Shown: in pieces, positions 62,398-64,000 of the stretch
Layout of the letters: the number at the start of each line of letters is the position of its first letter
Numbering within the stretch: the stretch's first letter is position 1
Source of the DNA: the human T2T-CHM13v2.0 reference genome, Homo sapiens
Direction: 5' to 3' (one strand)
Length of the DNA: 64,000 nt
Assembly (NCBI RefSeq): GCF_009914755.1
Contig: NC_060943.1
Notes under the pieces: generated by a model
The model's input: only the letters and a program-made list of their open reading frames with translations
Database searches by the model: none
What the model was told of the DNA's origin: nothing
Position numbers and translations under genes: made by a program

Positions 62398-62620
62398 AGA
62401 GATTAGCAAACTAGGGCCCTCTCTTCAAAGCCAACCTGCCACCTGTTTTGGCAAATAAAGTTTTATTGGCACACAGCCATGCTTTTGTGTGTGTACATAT
62501 CATATATGGCTATTTTCAAGGTACAACAGCAGCACTGAGTAATTGTGACAGAGACTCTATGGCCCACAAAACCTAATTTACCACCTATCTGATAGAAAAA
62601 GTCTTCTGACTAGACCTCTG
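62398..62620 (+). mobile_element. MER58A-like (hAT-Charlie)
   Basis: aaataaagttttattggcacacagccatg...gacagagactctatggcccacaaaaccta. Confidence 0.8.
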
Positions 62621-63879
62621 AACTAGAACAATGGTATAATTTGTGCTCTAGAGCTACCAGGAAGAAAACGGCTTTTTACAAAGAAAGCTTTTTATAGTAG
62701 TGCTTTATAACTAAATTAGTTTCTTCCTTTGTAATTTTTATAGTCTACCTGTCTACAGATTTTAACCATATTTTATGACTTTAACCTATTCCATCGCTGA
62801 TATTTAAAGCCAGTTTGAAATAACAATGCATAATTAAATAATAAACTAATTCAAAATGCAGCTATAAAAAGTCTCGCTTGCCTCCTGACAGCTTTACGGT
62901 GTTGATGTTGGCCCCCACGGCTTCACCCTGTCAGTGGTGTGGGACTACAGCACATGGCCTGCAAATGTAACCATGGTGCAACGTAACCCCAGTGACTAAT
63001 CCACTTGGCTGGGGTGACAGTTGAATTGAATAATCCAGGATATAAAGAAAAGAGTCTTAAATGCACCTCTTTATAATGAATAGCATGTGCAACTCCAAAG
63101 CCAGCTTCAAAGGTAGGGAGGAGGTGGTAGTTGGCTTTGGTCTAGAGCTGTTGATTAAACTGGCAGAGCTACGAAAAAGTCCATACTCTTATACATAGAT
63201 TTCTTCCAAGTCAATCAGTGAATATGTAAAATGAGAACATTTTTGGCCCTGTAAATTCATAGAGAAGTTACTAATTGGTGCCATACGATAGACTGACTTA
63301 GGTAGTGTGTTTTGGTGTGTATCTCAGAATCCAAATCAGCGGAGCATGAAATGCTGAAACCATTTCCAGAGACCTATGTGTACAGCACAATCCAGTTTGC
63401 ATGCTGTGCTAGGGGACTATAGACCTCATTTTTCTAGTGGTACATTAATAAATATACTGTATCTAGTTTTATTTGAACTGTTTATAAGATTATGACAGCT
63501 TTGGTTTCTTTAATCTCCTGATTTTTTTTCCAATAATGGGTAATCAGTTTAAAGCGTTTGCCTTACCAAAGTAGATTATGTAGGTAAGAAGGTTTTCTTT
63601 TGAATTAAAAAGTTTAATGTCAGGCATCTAATATAAATTCTTACTGGCATATAACAAAATCGTATCACGTGTTGGTGGCTTTTTGCTCCCTAACTAACTA
63701 AACCAGATTTACACCAGTTGTGTTACTTAATCCAGATAGAAAAGGTGTCATTCTGTAATAATTTGTAAAAATGCATATAAGACAGGTACTTCTACAATGG
63801 GGTGTTTGTTTTAAAAGGATTCTACATATTAGGTAAATGTGGAAAAAACATCTTAAAACATCTTTAAAAAAAAAATTGT

Positions 63880-64000
63880 CACCAGACGCAGTGGCTCACA
63901 CCTGTAATCCCAGCACTTTGGGAGGCTGAGGTGGGCAGATGACTTGAGGTCAAGAGTTCAAGACCAGCCTGGCCAACATGGTGAAATCACATCTCTACTA
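63880..64000 (+). mobile_element. Alu (runs off the window end)
   Basis: Left-arm consensus. Confidence 0.9.

Overview
Primate (almost certainly human) genomic DNA containing one complete protein-coding gene on the + strand, recognisable as ZNF507. A CpG-island promoter at about 20.0-20.75 kb is followed by two non-coding exons (about 20250-20401 and 21863-21956) and five coding exons (27462-29590, 31249-31366, 35137-35251, 57108-57242, 57358 onward). Splicing at canonical GT-AG sites gives a 2862-nt CDS encoding 953 aa with 9 C2H2 zinc fingers, followed by a 3' UTR of about 3.8-4.6 kb with several poly(A) signals. The rest is typical repeat-rich sequence: about 30 Alus (one young AluYa5), L1/L2/MIR fragments, MaLR LTRs, a solo LTR13 (ERVK class), DNA transposon fossils (MER20, MER33, MER58, MER104, Tigger13a) and microsatellites. 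Repeat subfamily names come from recalled consensus sequences, not a search, and repeat coordinates are approximate. I see no evidence of a new multi-gene biological system. The best leads are regulatory: a MIR-derived 5' UTR exon placing a start-stop AUG-UAA 8 nt before the main AUG, a 42-codon uORF in exon 1, a KLF-type Sin3-interaction-like helix next to an RxRxxS site in the protein, an LTR13-borne CTCF motif convergent with upstream CTCF-like motifs, and a stop-free last intron that would give a hydrophobic alternative C-terminus if retained.
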